A stretch of 64,000 nt of DNA, from positions 186,001 through 250,000 of the forward strand of contig JBLDXI010000042.1 in assembly GCA_047495785.1 (NCBI GenBank), written 5' to 3'. The notes below the pieces were generated by a model, which worked only from the letters and a program-made list of their open reading frames with translations, did not search any database and was not told the origin of the DNA. This DNA is from Lepidodermella squamata. Lineage: Eukaryota; Animalia; Gastrotricha. Positions 50,568 to 62,867 of the stretch are shown piece by piece; the first letter of the stretch is position 1, and every line of letters begins with the position of its first letter. The position numbers and the translations under genes were made by a program.

Positions 50568-51857
50568 TTTCTTAAAGCTTAGGACTTAAGCTATCAAAAA
50601 ATGAAAAGAGTTTGGTTCATATCGCCCATTTGACATGGATTACAGTGTCTGATCAGTGTCAAAAGCCATAAAATACATTCATTACCATCATTGCCATAGA
50701 AGTGGAATACGACGACGAAGAAGACGCAAAAAATAAGAGCAACCATTCACGTGGACAAGTGCGAGCTAAAAATAGGTCGGCAAATGAATTTAGTGCCGTT
50801 GCAATTTCTAATGGGAAAAGCGTAGCAGTTATAAAACAAAGAAAATAGAACAAAGAAAACAAAGAACCACTAAAATCATTCTCAGGATATCCAAGTGTTG
50901 TTGCAAATCCTTATCTATCATTTCTCTACCAAGAAAAAACATAAAAATAAGTATAAAATACCCAGGAACGGGATTTTCTGGTTTTTGGCTATTTTTATTG
51001 TCTTTTTAGCCGTCCGAAGGTGTACGGTAGTTCTGAATAATTTTTTTGAAGATCAGGTCGCATATTCTAGGAAAGTTTTTGCTCTCAAGCAATCGTTATG
51101 ACCTCTAATCATTATAAAAATTCCTATTAGTGCCGGCTAAACCAATTAAGGGAGGTTTCCAGGAATTTTAGTGGTACCTATTTTGTTCTCTGTCGGTGAC
51201 ACTCATTTTTGCAGGTCATCATTTGGCAGTGACCGCTCGATCAGGAAATGAATAATTTTTAATTTGTAACAAGCATAGCCTTTCTTCTGACATCTTATTT
51301 AGACCATAATGTCTGATATCTGATTAAGGAAATTCATTAGAAAATTTTGTTATAAACACGTTGGACAACGATTCTCTGTCGGTGACGACCCACTTTACCC
51401 CACCCAGTTTGTAATTGGCGATGGATTCATACTTAGAATCGCCTTAGAAATGAAGTATAGCAGGAGACTGTTCGATTAAAGTTATTTTTATTGAGGTGAT
51501 AAACTTTTCAAAGACATTGGAACGTTTCGAACATGAACTTTTTTTACGAATCTCTGTCGGTGACGCGTGGATCAGTCCTTCTCTCGTTTATTTTTAGCCT
51601 TGATAATTCGTCGGCTTTATTGATGAGTTTGATAATAAACTACCGTGGTGGTCTCAAATTGGCTTCTTCATTATTTGGAAATCCCACGGTCAAACAACCG
51701 ATGGTATTAACCATCAACGAAGTGGTGTTTTTTGCTCTTGAATTTGTATTTAAAATTCTTTTTAAAAAATTTGTAACCAATGCTATATTTTATGCATTAT
51801 TCGGAGGAGCTAAAATTTACATTTCAAATTTCTTATATAAATAGGTAAACAAATGCA

Positions 51858-52420
51858 TTTTTTTTATTTATGTATAATATTCAGCCCCCTTTCGGGTGGT
51901 GTCAAAAGGTAAGGCCTAGAACATTTATAGAATGTTTGAACGATTCAGGGTCTGTTGCCCACGGGAAGACGGATTTAGGTAGCTGGTTCCACTTTTGTAT
52001 TATCGCTGCCATGCGCAAGAACGGGTCGATGTCGCGGACCGAGCTCGGCGTGTTGAGTCTGATTTAATAGCTGTGTTCGCGTTCAGCGTTCCGCAGTCTG
52101 CCTGGTCTTCGTGCCACTCTAACAAACCTCGCCCTGATTTGCTGAGTACCACGTCGAGCTACAATTATTTTATATAGGTAGCACATCACGCCGACGAATC
52201 GGCGTTTAGCAAGAGGCTGAAGTGTCACCCCTGTTGCTCTGACAAATCGGTCTTGAACTTGGTCGAGCATTTTTCCGAGCAATATCCGTACTCCCGTATC
52301 CCCGCTACTTCTCACACTGGTCTCGCGTGTCATTCCAAGATATTTCTGCAAATTTCATAGAAAGCATCGTTCCACCTAATCGGAACCAGAGTTTGATAGT
52401 TCGACTCCAGCACTCATCAC
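51858..52420 (-). mobile_element. 5'-truncated CR1/L2-like LINE 3' end
   Basis: LDQVQDRFVR..LQPLAKRR..YLYKII, then (frameshifted) IQKWNQLPKSVF..SFKHSI; A-rich tail at about 51858-51870. Confidence 0.65.
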
Positions 52421-52912
52421 TTATTTTTTTTTTAATTTCTCAGTTGCTTCGATCTTCTGGAAGTTTTTCATAGTTACGAAATGCGGAAATGCCGATATGA
52501 CGAGACTGCCACACTTGCATAGACTTGAAAGTTTAGTGTTCCGACTTCACGCTTAGATCACGTGGGCACCTTTGACCTCCAAAACAGTAGTATAATGCTA
52601 CCCTACATCAAAGGAGCGGTTGTTTTCCTCCTCTTCGCAATAATCGCCACCGTCAAGACACTGAAACGACTGATCCTCCTTGCTATTTCATAACCGGATG
52701 TCCTCAATCTATGAGTGGGAATTTTCAACAAAGGATCTGAATAAGATATTACCCACGCATTGCATTCATATTACAATAGGAGAAAATACATGAGTTGAAA
52801 CCTAATATATGAAAAGTACTTGAACGAAAAAAACAACACGTAGCACGTAAATGCGCACACAGGCAAGAGGAAACTCTTGTTTGAAAGCTCAGTTTCTTGT
52901 TAAATTTTCAAA

Positions 52913-55900
52913 ATGCGTCTCTACTTAGCATTTGCATTCGCTTTCGTTGGGCTGGCATCTGGACTGGTTGCTGCCCAAGATGATACTATTGATAATGTGG
53001 GTAAGTAACAGTTTTAAACATTGCAGCTAGCTTTTAACCACTTTATGAATGCGGGCTGTTAAGACTGCGGTACTGTTCCCACAATCCGAAACGGCAACGT
53101 ATCTCCTGGTCTATCGAGCTTCGGAGCCACTCGAACCATATCATGCAACGAAAACTTCGAAATTCAAGGAAATGCTGCCATATTGTGCATATCGTACGCA
53201 ACCTGGTCGCAGCCTGGTTCTTGCGTTTTCAAGGAGTCACCAACTGTAAATTGCTGCCACATATTCATAATCCCATCGATATCTGCTTCTAATTGGGTGT
53301 TTTAGTTTGGTTTTCGGGCAAAGATAAAATTGCTCCTTAAGTTGTACGGTGAATGAGGGGTGCCGTACCACCAGTTCGGCAGGCCGAAGTGGAGAAGCCC
53401 CAAAACAACCACAGTGGTACCCTTTGGTCTGATTGCATAAGACGTACTATTGGACGCCGCGGCTTGCGGAAAATCAGAAAAAGCGTAATAGTTTTAATGA
53501 GGTCCAAAGTCCAGCTCAACCAATAAATCATCGCATTACATTTTTTGCAATCAATTATTAAAAAATTTTAAATATCGATATTCGTGGACATAAAATTAAG
53601 CCGCGTAGCAACCGAGCGGTCATGTAATGGGAGCTTCGAAGCTGCGGCGTCCTATAGTACGTCTCATGGCTGATTGCTGCCAGCTGGTTGTATAGTGCAA
53701 TGAGACGTAGCTAGGACGCCGCAGCTGGGTTGTTTACGAGAAAAAAGTGTTGTCAGAGATAATTAGGGTCAAAGGTCACTTTTTGAAAATAATGAGATAA
53801 ATCACCTCATTAAATTTTCGCGCTCTTTTAATCCTTATTTTATGTTGTCCAAAATAAGGTTAAAAGTGCCCTTGATTCGGGCGCGATCAATCGATAATTA
53901 ATTGCATTGGAACACATTGTAAAAAATGATATCAACACCTGCTTCGAGCCATTAATTTTCAAAATTATCTATTAATAATGCATGAAACTAAAATCAATAG
54001 ATGTAATGAAGAAGCTTGAATTTGAATTTACTTGAATTTACTTGAATGTGAAATGTGAATCTAACTTGAACTAGAGAATAATTGAAAAAATTGATCAAAA
54101 ATTACAAATAAAAAAAAATAAAAATCGATAGGATAACTGAGAAAAACTGAGAGCTGAAAAAATCTAAAAATTGAGATGCTGATCACATCCAGCCCATTTT
54201 TTCATTCCAGTTTGAACTGCCAGTAATTTATCAGACCGCAAATAGGCAATCAAGTTCCCGGTGAAAGTCCTCTAGCCGAAAACTTCGAAAATTTCGACTG
54301 AAAAACATTTCCTGCTCGATTGTTTAAGAGATGAAATTATCTTACGTCATTACGCAACGCAACAGCTGCAGCATAATCGCGACGTGAAAAAGAAAAACAA
54401 CTCAATGGAAAATATCTGCATACGGCTTGTTTGAGTTGCTTTTTGTCTTAAGAAAGTAGTTCGCAGAGCTCTACATCACATGGTTTGAGTTCTCTCGATC
54501 TTGGTTCCTACTTGGAACCTGATTCTAGCTTCGTAACCATCGACGCCTACGATTTTTAAACCTTTTGAATTTTCAACTTAATATTTTTTGAATTTCAGGG
54601 ATTAATAAAATAATTATTTTTATTAAACCCTGAAAATTTAACTTTTACAAAAGGCAAATTATTCAGAATATTCAAGCATGCATAACGCCAACACGTCACT
54701 TTGTATGGCGGGATTCAAGCTTCGGCGTCCTAGCTACGTCTCATGGTGGTAGTGCGTACTGCGTCGCGTGACATCCCAGTGTAATATCAGATGTGTAATG
54801 TCCATAGACATAATATCAGTATAGACTGACTACTCACGAGAAAAGGGGTGTAACGCCATGGGCGCCAGATGGTCTGCTGATTCATCAATTTCTTGGAGGC
54901 CAAAAATCGAAAAATTCAAATCTTCCTCCATCGAATCCTTGGCGATGAAAGTTCGCATCAGAAAGAACCAAATGTCATCTGATAGATCTCTTCAAGAGGA
55001 ACACGGCAGTATTTTTTTGAAAATTTTAATAATGAAAGAAATGGTCAAAAATTGGGAAAGAATTTTTCGCATTCGGAAATAAACCGTGAAAACTGATTCC
55101 AAGAAAGCTAAATTGAAGGACTTTTTCAGGAGAGTAGATTCTTCATTCCAAGACCTACCTTTTGATACTTGGAGCGAACTTGAATGATTTTTTCCTGATT
55201 ATCTGCGATTTTCGAAAACCTCCAACAATGATGTTTGTATTGATTTTTAAGAATGACCCTGCTTTGAACGTCTTCCAACTGCGCCATTTGTGTGCGTCAC
55301 ACGTGCTTTGCTCAAAGGTTCAGGATTGAATCATCCAACCAGTCGGTGGTTTTACTTTGTTTTTTCCCGACGGAATTATTGAAAATTCCTAGAAAATCAG
55401 GAAAAAATCATCCAAGTTCGCTCCAAGTATCAAAAGGTAGCTCTTGGAATGAAGAATCTACTCTCCTGAAAAAGTCCTTCAATTTAACTTTCTTCGAAGC
55501 AGTTGCTATGATTTTTTTCTGAATATGAAAACTGCTATCCTAATTTTTTAGCAGTTCCTTTATCATTAAAATTATAGAAAAAATATCACCGTGTTCCTCT
55601 TGATAAGACCTATTCGATGACACTTGGTTCTTTCTGATGCGACCTTTCATCGCCAAGAATTCGATGGAGGAAGATTTGAATTTTTCGATTTTTGGCCTCC
55701 AAGAAATTGATGAATCAGCAGACCATCTGGCGCCCATGGCGTTACACCCCTTTTCTCGTGAGTAGTCAGTCTATACTGATATTATGTCTATGGTAATGTC
55801 ATTTTCTATGTTTTTCATTTTCAGATTAGCGCAGCATACGAGAGGCTGTGGAATGCAACAGCCGAGGCGGAAGACGTGGCGCTGGTAAGACAACTGATTG

Positions 55901-57009
55901 CGGAGATCAACAATGCCACTGGCGGCAACTTCAACCCGAACTGGCGCAACCCAGAGATGTTCATCTGCAATTCTTGGGAAGAATATTCTTTATTACTGGA
56001 GATGACAAATGCTCCCCTGCTTCACAGTGTCATGTGTACTAATGGGACGCAATCAAACCAGCGAGTGCAAATAGCGCAACTGTTGATCGAGGATCAAGGA
56101 GCTGATGTGAATTCCAAGGAGGCTTTACACGGTTGGACGGCGTTGATGATTGCGGCTGGTAATGTCGACCTAGTTAGACTGTTGCTTGATCACAACGCTT
56201 CTATTGAGGCAAAGGATAACCGTGGCTCGACGGCATTGATGAGTGCAGCTGAGATTGGGCACACGGAAGTAGTTCGACTGTTGTTGGATCGCAATGCTAC
56301 CATCGAGGCGAAAGATAACAATAAAATGACGGCGTTTATGTATGCGGCTAGCAGAGGGCAGGTCGAAGTAGGTCGACTGCTGCTGGATCGCAATGCTGAC
56401 ATTGAGGCCAAGGATGACATCGGTGAGACGGCGTTGATGTTTGCTGCAATGTTTGGGCGTGTCGAAACGATTCGACTATTGCTGGATCGCAACGCTTCAA
56501 TCGAAGCTGAGAATAACAATGGGCAGACGGCTTTGATGCGAGTGGCTAGTTGGGCGCGTGTCGAGGCAGTTCGACTGCTGCTTGATCGCAATGCCGACAT
56601 CAATGCCAAGGATAAGAAAGGCTGGACGGCGTTGATGTATGCGGCTGATTTTACGCGTTCGAACATTATGGTTCGAGTGATGATTGATCGCGTTGAGACA
56701 CGGGAAAACAATGGCTCGACCTCGTTGATAGATGTGGCTAGAAGTGAGCAGGTCGAAGTAGTTCGACTGCTGCTGGATCGCAATGCTGACATCAATGCTA
56801 AGGATAAGAATGGCTGGACGGCGTTGCTGTGGGCGACTGAGGAAGGGCGACTAGACGTAGTTAGGCTGTTGCTGGATAGAGGTGCAAAAACGGATGTCAG
56901 AAATTCAAGTGGCGTGACAGCGCTCGATTTGGCAAGTTGCAGAAACGAAGCCGCCGTGGCCGATCTGCTGAAGTCGCGGGGAGCAAGTCGAGCTAGGTCA
57001 TCCTGCTGA
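52913..57009 (+). CDS. Gene D: secreted Sushi/CCP-ankyrin protein (exons 52913-53000, 53064-53245, 55825-57009; about 484 aa, about 9 ANK)
   Basis: MRLYLAFAFAFVGLASGLVAAQ signal; 182-nt CCP exon; phase-0 acceptor into ISAAYERLWNAT; upstream region duplicated with gene C (about 52590-52912 vs 44290-44619). Confidence 0.88.
53435..53669. mobile_element. MITE with CCATGAGACGTA-type TIR and 6-bp TSD (ctgatt), in gene D intron 2
   Basis: ctgatt|gcataagacgtactattggacgccgc ... gcggcgtcctatagtacgtctcatgg|ctgatt. Confidence 0.65.
53698..54746. mobile_element. Second, larger element of the same TIR family, in gene D intron 2
   Basis: caatgagacgtagctaggacgccg ... cggcgtcctagctacgtctcatgg. Confidence 0.65.
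54802..55793. mobile_element. About 1 kb foldback MITE, CCATAG...CTATGG termini, 6-bp TSD (taatgt), in gene D intron 2
   Basis: Near-perfect inverted arms of several hundred bp (the mirrored ORFs 54858+ and 55737- start identically); taatgt on both flanks. Confidence 0.85.
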
Positions 57010-59551
57010 CAAGACCCACAGAGTTGGACGGCGTCCAGTGGGAACTAAGATGGATAATCTGATTATCTGTATACTTTCCGAAATTTCTCTATGTTATCTT
57101 CTTTTATCTCGAAGGGATGACCACAGTTTTCAATAAAGCTGAATCCTTTAAGCATAATAATAAAAAACATCTCATAAGATTTGGGATTGTTTAGCTCCGA
57201 ATTAATGCTCATTTGAAAGTCCCAAGAAAATTGAAAGGCAGAAAATTACAAATAGGTATATCTGGGACATGTCCCGAGGTGAGAAGCGAGCGAATGGGGG
57301 AGTATGCAGTGAAAGTTGGATCACTGCATACGGATGCTCGGATCGTGTTTTGTAGGATTTATCTTAACCTTTTTTATTACTCTCTCATCTCATTTTAACC
57401 TCATCAACTAAATCACATTATAATCACCGGTTCGACGATGTAGCTTCAAGTGGATCGCTCGACCCTCGTCGGCCGGTTGAATGTGATCGAGGAAACTGGG
57501 CAACGAAGACGGCGAAAACCGCTTCCCGACGGCGAAAATATCCGCAGCTTGAAAGAAACAGAATCCGGTCGCCTGGGTCGGTAGTACTTTGCCAGGGTCC
57601 TGGAGATGCTCTCAGGACTCGTTCATCGAATGCGCTGTGGGCCTCGACTAAATCACAGCCAAGCATTAGACCAGCCTTGAACGGCCTTGGAACTGCTTCT
57701 GTTCTACCTTGCTGCGACTCGCCTTGGCCTCACGATTCTGCCGACTCACCTTCAAGGTTCAAGGTCGAGCGTCCCGCTCCGGACCTGCTCCCGTGCCGAC
57801 CATCTTGGGTTTTCGCGAACGCTGATCGAGCAGCTTATTGCCATTCCTTTGCCTGTTTCAGGCGACCCGTTTCCGTGTCTTGTCGAAAGCTTGATGATGG
57901 TCGTGTCCTCGAGGCATCGGTCGAGCTAGCCAATGCCGTAGTCATCAATCTGTGAAGCCTATGATGCCTTTCACCGACCCTGCTGCCGATGCTTATTTGA
58001 AGCAACAGTAAGCTGACATTATCTGAAACTCCAACAAAGAATGAGCTAGTTAAGTTTGCCCAAACAACGCGGAATATTCTATATTGTTTTACACCCGTTA
58101 TCACGCGTAAGATAGTCACTTGTCACGTTCATTTTTATTTTTTATTTCATTCCCCTCATTTGTCAGCCTGTCATTCTTCGCCAATTTCTCATCTGTGCAT
58201 TCTGCGCTTAAGAAATGTTTGTTATTTGTTGACTCAGTCGCTCTACCGCCATTGACGCATTGGCTATCAAATTCTATCATGAGTGCACTTTATCATCGCA
58301 TTTTAGCACCCCAGTCATCGGCTTTCTTCGTAGAATGTTCAATCGTAAAGGACCGTGCCTCGAGATGTTCGAGATGCAGGGAAACCCCCAAACTACAGGT
58401 CGGAAGACCCTTTGGTCAGATAAATTCGGGACCGAAAATACCCACACTTACCTCGAGGATACTACTTCTTTCATCGACGTGGCGATGAAGACACCAGAAA
58501 GCCATGTACAGTGTGGTGTGATACTAGTGCAGGGGCGAAGTTCATTCATCTTTTTAATGAGGAGCTTGGAAAAATTGAAGAATTTCATGAATTGCGACAT
58601 CGATCTTTTCAAAGGAAAGCAACTCTTGAATTTCTTCAATTTGTTCAAGCCCTGTATCAGACCACACCTAACTATCTTATCGAGTCTTATTGAGGAGTTC
58701 CACACTCCATTTCAAATTTTTAACAAGTGTAGAAGTTTTCTCTTTTAACTAAATACTCATGGCAAAACTTGCTCTTCTGATCGTTCTTTTGGTGAGATCC
58801 TTCGATTAGTTAATACTAGCTTTGTATATCTTAATTTTATTTAACAGGCCATTTTCGCTGCTGTTCTTGTAACAGCTGGAAGAAGCCTCGAGGGGACCGC
58901 CTGTCACATCCCCGGACTCGACGGTATACCCGGCGTTTTCAGAGCAAAAGGCGATGGTACATTCAGGTGCATCATATAGTGATGACAAGCTGAATTCGCA
59001 AAAGATGGAAGAAGTGCTGCGATGAGTAGAGAGCAGAACGCCTGTGAAATTTATATCTTATTTTATCCTAGAATTCTAGCTGTTTCATTTATTGCGAAAA
59101 AAATAAATAAAGGAGTTGTCAATATACATAATAAAGGTATATCGCTCTTGTTAATGTGGGTCTCGGCGGCAGGGTGTAAAACAACAGCGGAAGTAGGCTC
59201 GACCATCCCGAGACATTTCGGCTCTTCCGCCAAGTTACGTCAAGGTGAATCGATACTTCGTAGTTTTCGGCTTGGATCTTCACTCGCACATTGGCCACCG
59301 GTAATTTCCTTCCAACAAGCAAGCATTCAACCAGCGTTTAACGTTCGGCATCGCATCAGCTCGACTTCGATATGCGTTCATACTTTCCTTGGGTTCACCT
59401 TTTCGATACGAGTGAAACCTTGCCTTGAATCAAAACGCTTGTTATCTTCGCGGGATAGCTTTTATTTTGATATCGTTTGAAAAATCATAAACTAATGGGG
59501 TTCTATCGGCAGTTTTCCCTATCCATTCTGGAGCTGTTATCAAGTTATTCC

Positions 59552-61117
59552 TCATTCATTGATAATAGGCTCCATTAGGGGTTTTGCCTCTGGTTTATCA
59601 AAAGGCCATCGAAGATGTTGAATGTTAGTCGTCTCAAAATCGTCAAACTCCTCGAACAGGTCGCCATCCACAACATCCATAAATATCCGCCACCACTGCC
59701 ATCGATCGAATTGCTCAGGATTTGGGATGGCCAACAATAGAATCCTTAATGTCCTCCCGAACTCTTCCATTTCAGACGGAGGAATGCATTTAGGAATCAC
59801 GGCATTGCGCCGCTGCGCAAATTCCTTTTCCTCCAGAAATGCTAATTTTAGACTTCCATAACGCTCAATTATGAATTCAGCTATGAAGCTATATGCTATT
59901 TCGTTGCTAGGAAATTTTGCTCCAGTCTCAATGAACTTTGAGAGATAATCGATTTTGCTATTTTTCAACTCGTTATCCGAGGTCTCCGCAGCTTCAACCT
60001 TCGTGAAAGTAGCTTTATAGTGTCTGGCGAAGCTCAAAACTTCCATCACTACCACTACGCAATTTTTGAAAATGAAATAGCTGATATTTAGACCGTTGAC
60101 TCCACATACCGTGATGAAGCAGACTCGCATAACGAGGAAAGTGCCGTCCTGTAAAAGGCGCAATCCAAGCGCAACAATTTCCTGGACCCTCGTGAATTCT
60201 GGCGAGGGTTTCGCGTCGAAGTAAGACGGGTGCTGCTGGCGGATCCATCGCAAAAAGCCAGAGCTGGAACATTCGTCGAAAAACCGATGCAGCGCTAATA
60301 GGTAAGCGACTCGAATGCCTGTGGCGATTTCACGATATCGCACGATATCGAGATTCGACAGCGAATCAACAAAATCGAAAATATCCGCCAGGGTTCCGAC
60401 ATAGCCGAGAACCAGCTCGCGGGCTGTTTCATCGCCGATTTTGTCCTCGGAATTAGCGAGCCAGACATTAAAGACAACGATGAAGGTTGCGAACATTTCG
60501 AAGGCTCGCGACCACTCGAAAATGTATAGCTTAGCCCCGAATAACGAGATCTTTTCGAAATTCAACTCATCATAACTCGAACCGTTAGGATTTGCTTGGA
60601 AGGCTAGACATAGCAGGATAGAATCCTGCTGCCCGATGGCTGGTACGTAGTAAATCATAGCAGCTAGATAGGTTGAGATTGAAATGATCGAAAGCCGAGT
60701 GGCTGAGGTAGTCGCAACCGCGCTGTCCAGGTCGTCATTTGTATCGGCTTCTCTGTCGACGAACAACCTTTTCCCGATCCGGAAAATCATTTCGAAAAAG
60801 TATTGGCACACAGCGAGGCCAAACATTACATAAATCTGAGAGTCACTCAGGTACATGCTCGTTTGAATTGCGGGCTCGATAGCCGATTCATTCCGGCGGG
60901 AAATGTTGAAGAAAGTCAAACTACCGCCGACGAAGCAATCCGTCGTTGAAATAGAGGAATTAACGAGTAGATCCCTGAAGTAGATCGATTTTTTTAGGCT
61001 ATAGTCACGCAGTAAAAACAGCCTGAGACAACAGCCGAGTAGTCCGAGGATGAAACAGATCCTAATGATGATTCCATAGCTTATATCCCAAGCTTTACGC
61101 CCATTGCAGTTGTTCAT
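59552..61117 (-). CDS. TMEM26/CECR6(TMEM121)-like multipass membrane protein, intronless
   Basis: ELVLGYVGTLADIFDF and LLQDGTFLVMRV..FIFKNCVVV resemble TMEM26-family motifs; several TM segments. Confidence 0.65.
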   Translation of the reverse strand: MNNCNGRKAWDISYGIIIRICFILGLLGCCLRLFLLRDYSLKKSIYFRDLLVNSSISTTDCFVGGSLTFFNISRRNESAIEPAIQTSMYLSDSQIYVMFGLAVCQYFFEMIFRIGKRLFVDREADTNDDLDSAVATTSATRLSIISISTYLAAMIYYVPAIGQQDSILLCLAFQANPNGSSYDELNFEKISLFGAKLYIFEWSRAFEMFATFIVVFNVWLANSEDKIGDETARELVLGYVGTLADIFDFVDSLSNLDIVRYREIATGIRVAYLLALHRFFDECSSSGFLRWIRQQHPSYFDAKPSPEFTRVQEIVALGLRLLQDGTFLVMRVCFITVCGVNGLNISYFIFKNCVVVVMEVLSFARHYKATFTKVEAAETSDNELKNSKIDYLSKFIETGAKFPSNEIAYSFIAEFIIERYGSLKLAFLEEKEFAQRRNAVIPKCIPPSEMEEFGRTLRILLLAIPNPEQFDRWQWWRIFMDVVDGDLFEEFDDFETTNIQHLRWPFDKPEAKPLMEPIINE

Positions 61118-61661
61118 TGCGCTGCGAGGCTACAAACGCCAGAGCGAAATATCAACCATTGCTAGACCTATCGTTCTATCGAAATATTTGTGTGAATAAT
61201 TTAGGCGATTGCATTGCATAATTCATGAAATTACGATCGACTAATAAATTCCTTCTTTTCGACGTGGTTTATTTCTGCCACATGTCACTAGCAACACAGT
61301 TTGATCATCGATAGTTTATACAAGCCTTATTAGGCCGTGAATTCTCAAAGAGTATGGTGAATTATGGAATTGCCAAATTATTGAATTCCGAACCAAACAT
61401 CATTTAATTCTGTACCAAATTATTCAAACCAGTTCCAAGTCCCCCATTTAACCCTAACCCAACTCCAACCATTTAGAGTGATTAGGTACTCAATGAATGA
61501 AATTGGGTACGGCATCAAGATTTCCCCTTCACAAAACTTGAAATTACAAGCCGGCAGTGTCACATAAATTCACTGAATACTGAATAAATTCGGAATTAGG
61601 TGGCTCGAAAAAGGATCAATATATTGAATGAAACACATAATTATTTAAGATATGTTGTCTA

Positions 61662-62867
61662 TCAAGCAGGAAACACAATCGAGCGATTAACAAATCTGTA
61701 GTATTTTCGCTGAAGCCAGTTCAAAATCGGTTTTGTCCAGCCGGGCTTAATCATGAGCACGCAGTTTCCAATAACTATTTCCAAAATGATACAATACGGC
61801 GATACCTTTCCTAGGATTGGATCAACCAATTGCAGCCCGAAATTATACCAAAAATGCTCCATGATAGACCCGAACAGAGCTGGAATGTGAAAGGTTACAT
61901 AGATGAAGAAAATAGCCACAGATTGCTGAGCGAAAAACACCTCACGAGCCCGCCATTCCGCCAGTTTCTCCGCCAGAGATTTCTGCTGCAAGTTAGAAGA
62001 AGCATCGCTTGTCTTTTTAGGAGCCAATCCACTCGTCATCGAACCTACCAATTGCTTCTTAGCCCTTCTGATACAATCGTAGATTTTGTAGTAGTTCATA
62101 GCGAGGAATGAAGCTGGAATGTAAACGGCAGCTGCGTAGTACATCATGATGATGAAGCCCGAGTCCAAATTGCCGACCAAACGGAAGTGATACGGCGCGC
62201 AGACCCAAGCAACCCTGCCATCAGGGAACGACAGTAATTCCCGCCGCCATGTCGCATGAGGCCACAAACCGATGAAGACAGGGAGGATAATGCAAGCTAC
62301 AACCATCCCAGCGACCACCCCAAGCAGTTTCTTTGTATTAGCTCGGTAATTGGGGCTGTTTGATAGGATGCAAAGCCGGCGTTCGTAGGAAATCAACATC
62401 TTCGTGAATGTTCCGAACGCCCCGGTTGCGTAGAGCAGCCAATAGACGCCCTCACAGGTTCGGTCACCCAGGTCCCAGGATCCTGTATTAAGGGTCATCA
62501 ATAGCCCTACAGTCTGATCACATGCGAAGAGAATGTTTCGAACGCCATCAATTGTGACCAGCATTAGAAGCTCGCGCTTCACCCCGCGTTTGAAGTAAAT
62601 GTAACAGCTCATTGCAGTAGTGAAAATCACAATTATTGATGTAAAGAGGTTCAGCAGAACCCAAGGTAGACGGCTTTCGAAGGTTTCGAGGTAGAAGTTG
62701 TGGTACCAGCTGATGAACTGCGGCCGGGGTCCGTTGTAGCCAGCATCGGGCAAGTAAATGCTTATCCAACCATTTTCCAAAAATTCCACTGGCCTTGCAG
62801 TTTGATTCAATGCAGCGCGAATCTGCATGGATGTAAAGTTAAAAGTAGAGTTCTGAGTTGAATTCAT
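61662..62867 (-). CDS. Rhodopsin-like (class A) orphan GPCR, intronless
   Basis: N-terminal sequons, 7 hydrophobic helices, WDLGDRTC (ECL1/TM3), ISYERR (DRY-like), YIP..YYKIY (TM5), FHIP (TM6). Confidence 0.8.
   Translation of the reverse strand: MNSTQNSTFNFTSMQIRAALNQTARPVEFLENGWISIYLPDAGYNGPRPQFISWYHNFYLETFESRLPWVLLNLFTSIIVIFTTAMSCYIYFKRGVKRELLMLVTIDGVRNILFACDQTVGLLMTLNTGSWDLGDRTCEGVYWLLYATGAFGTFTKMLISYERRLCILSNSPNYRANTKKLLGVVAGMVVACIILPVFIGLWPHATWRRELLSFPDGRVAWVCAPYHFRLVGNLDSGFIIMMYYAAAVYIPASFLAMNYYKIYDCIRRAKKQLVGSMTSGLAPKKTSDASSNLQQKSLAEKLAEWRAREVFFAQQSVAIFFIYVTFHIPALFGSIMEHFWYNFGLQLVDPILGKVSPYCIILEIVIGNCVLMIKPGWTKPILNWLQRKYYRFVNRSIVFPA

Noticed and set aside
54858-55737. Two mirrored ORFs starting MGARWSADSS
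   Set aside because: A product of the MITE's inverted arms
57424-59480. Several 80-160 aa ORFs in a GC-richer patch
   Set aside because: No recognisable motif or consistent frame; possibly a decayed gene or TE, needs BLASTx
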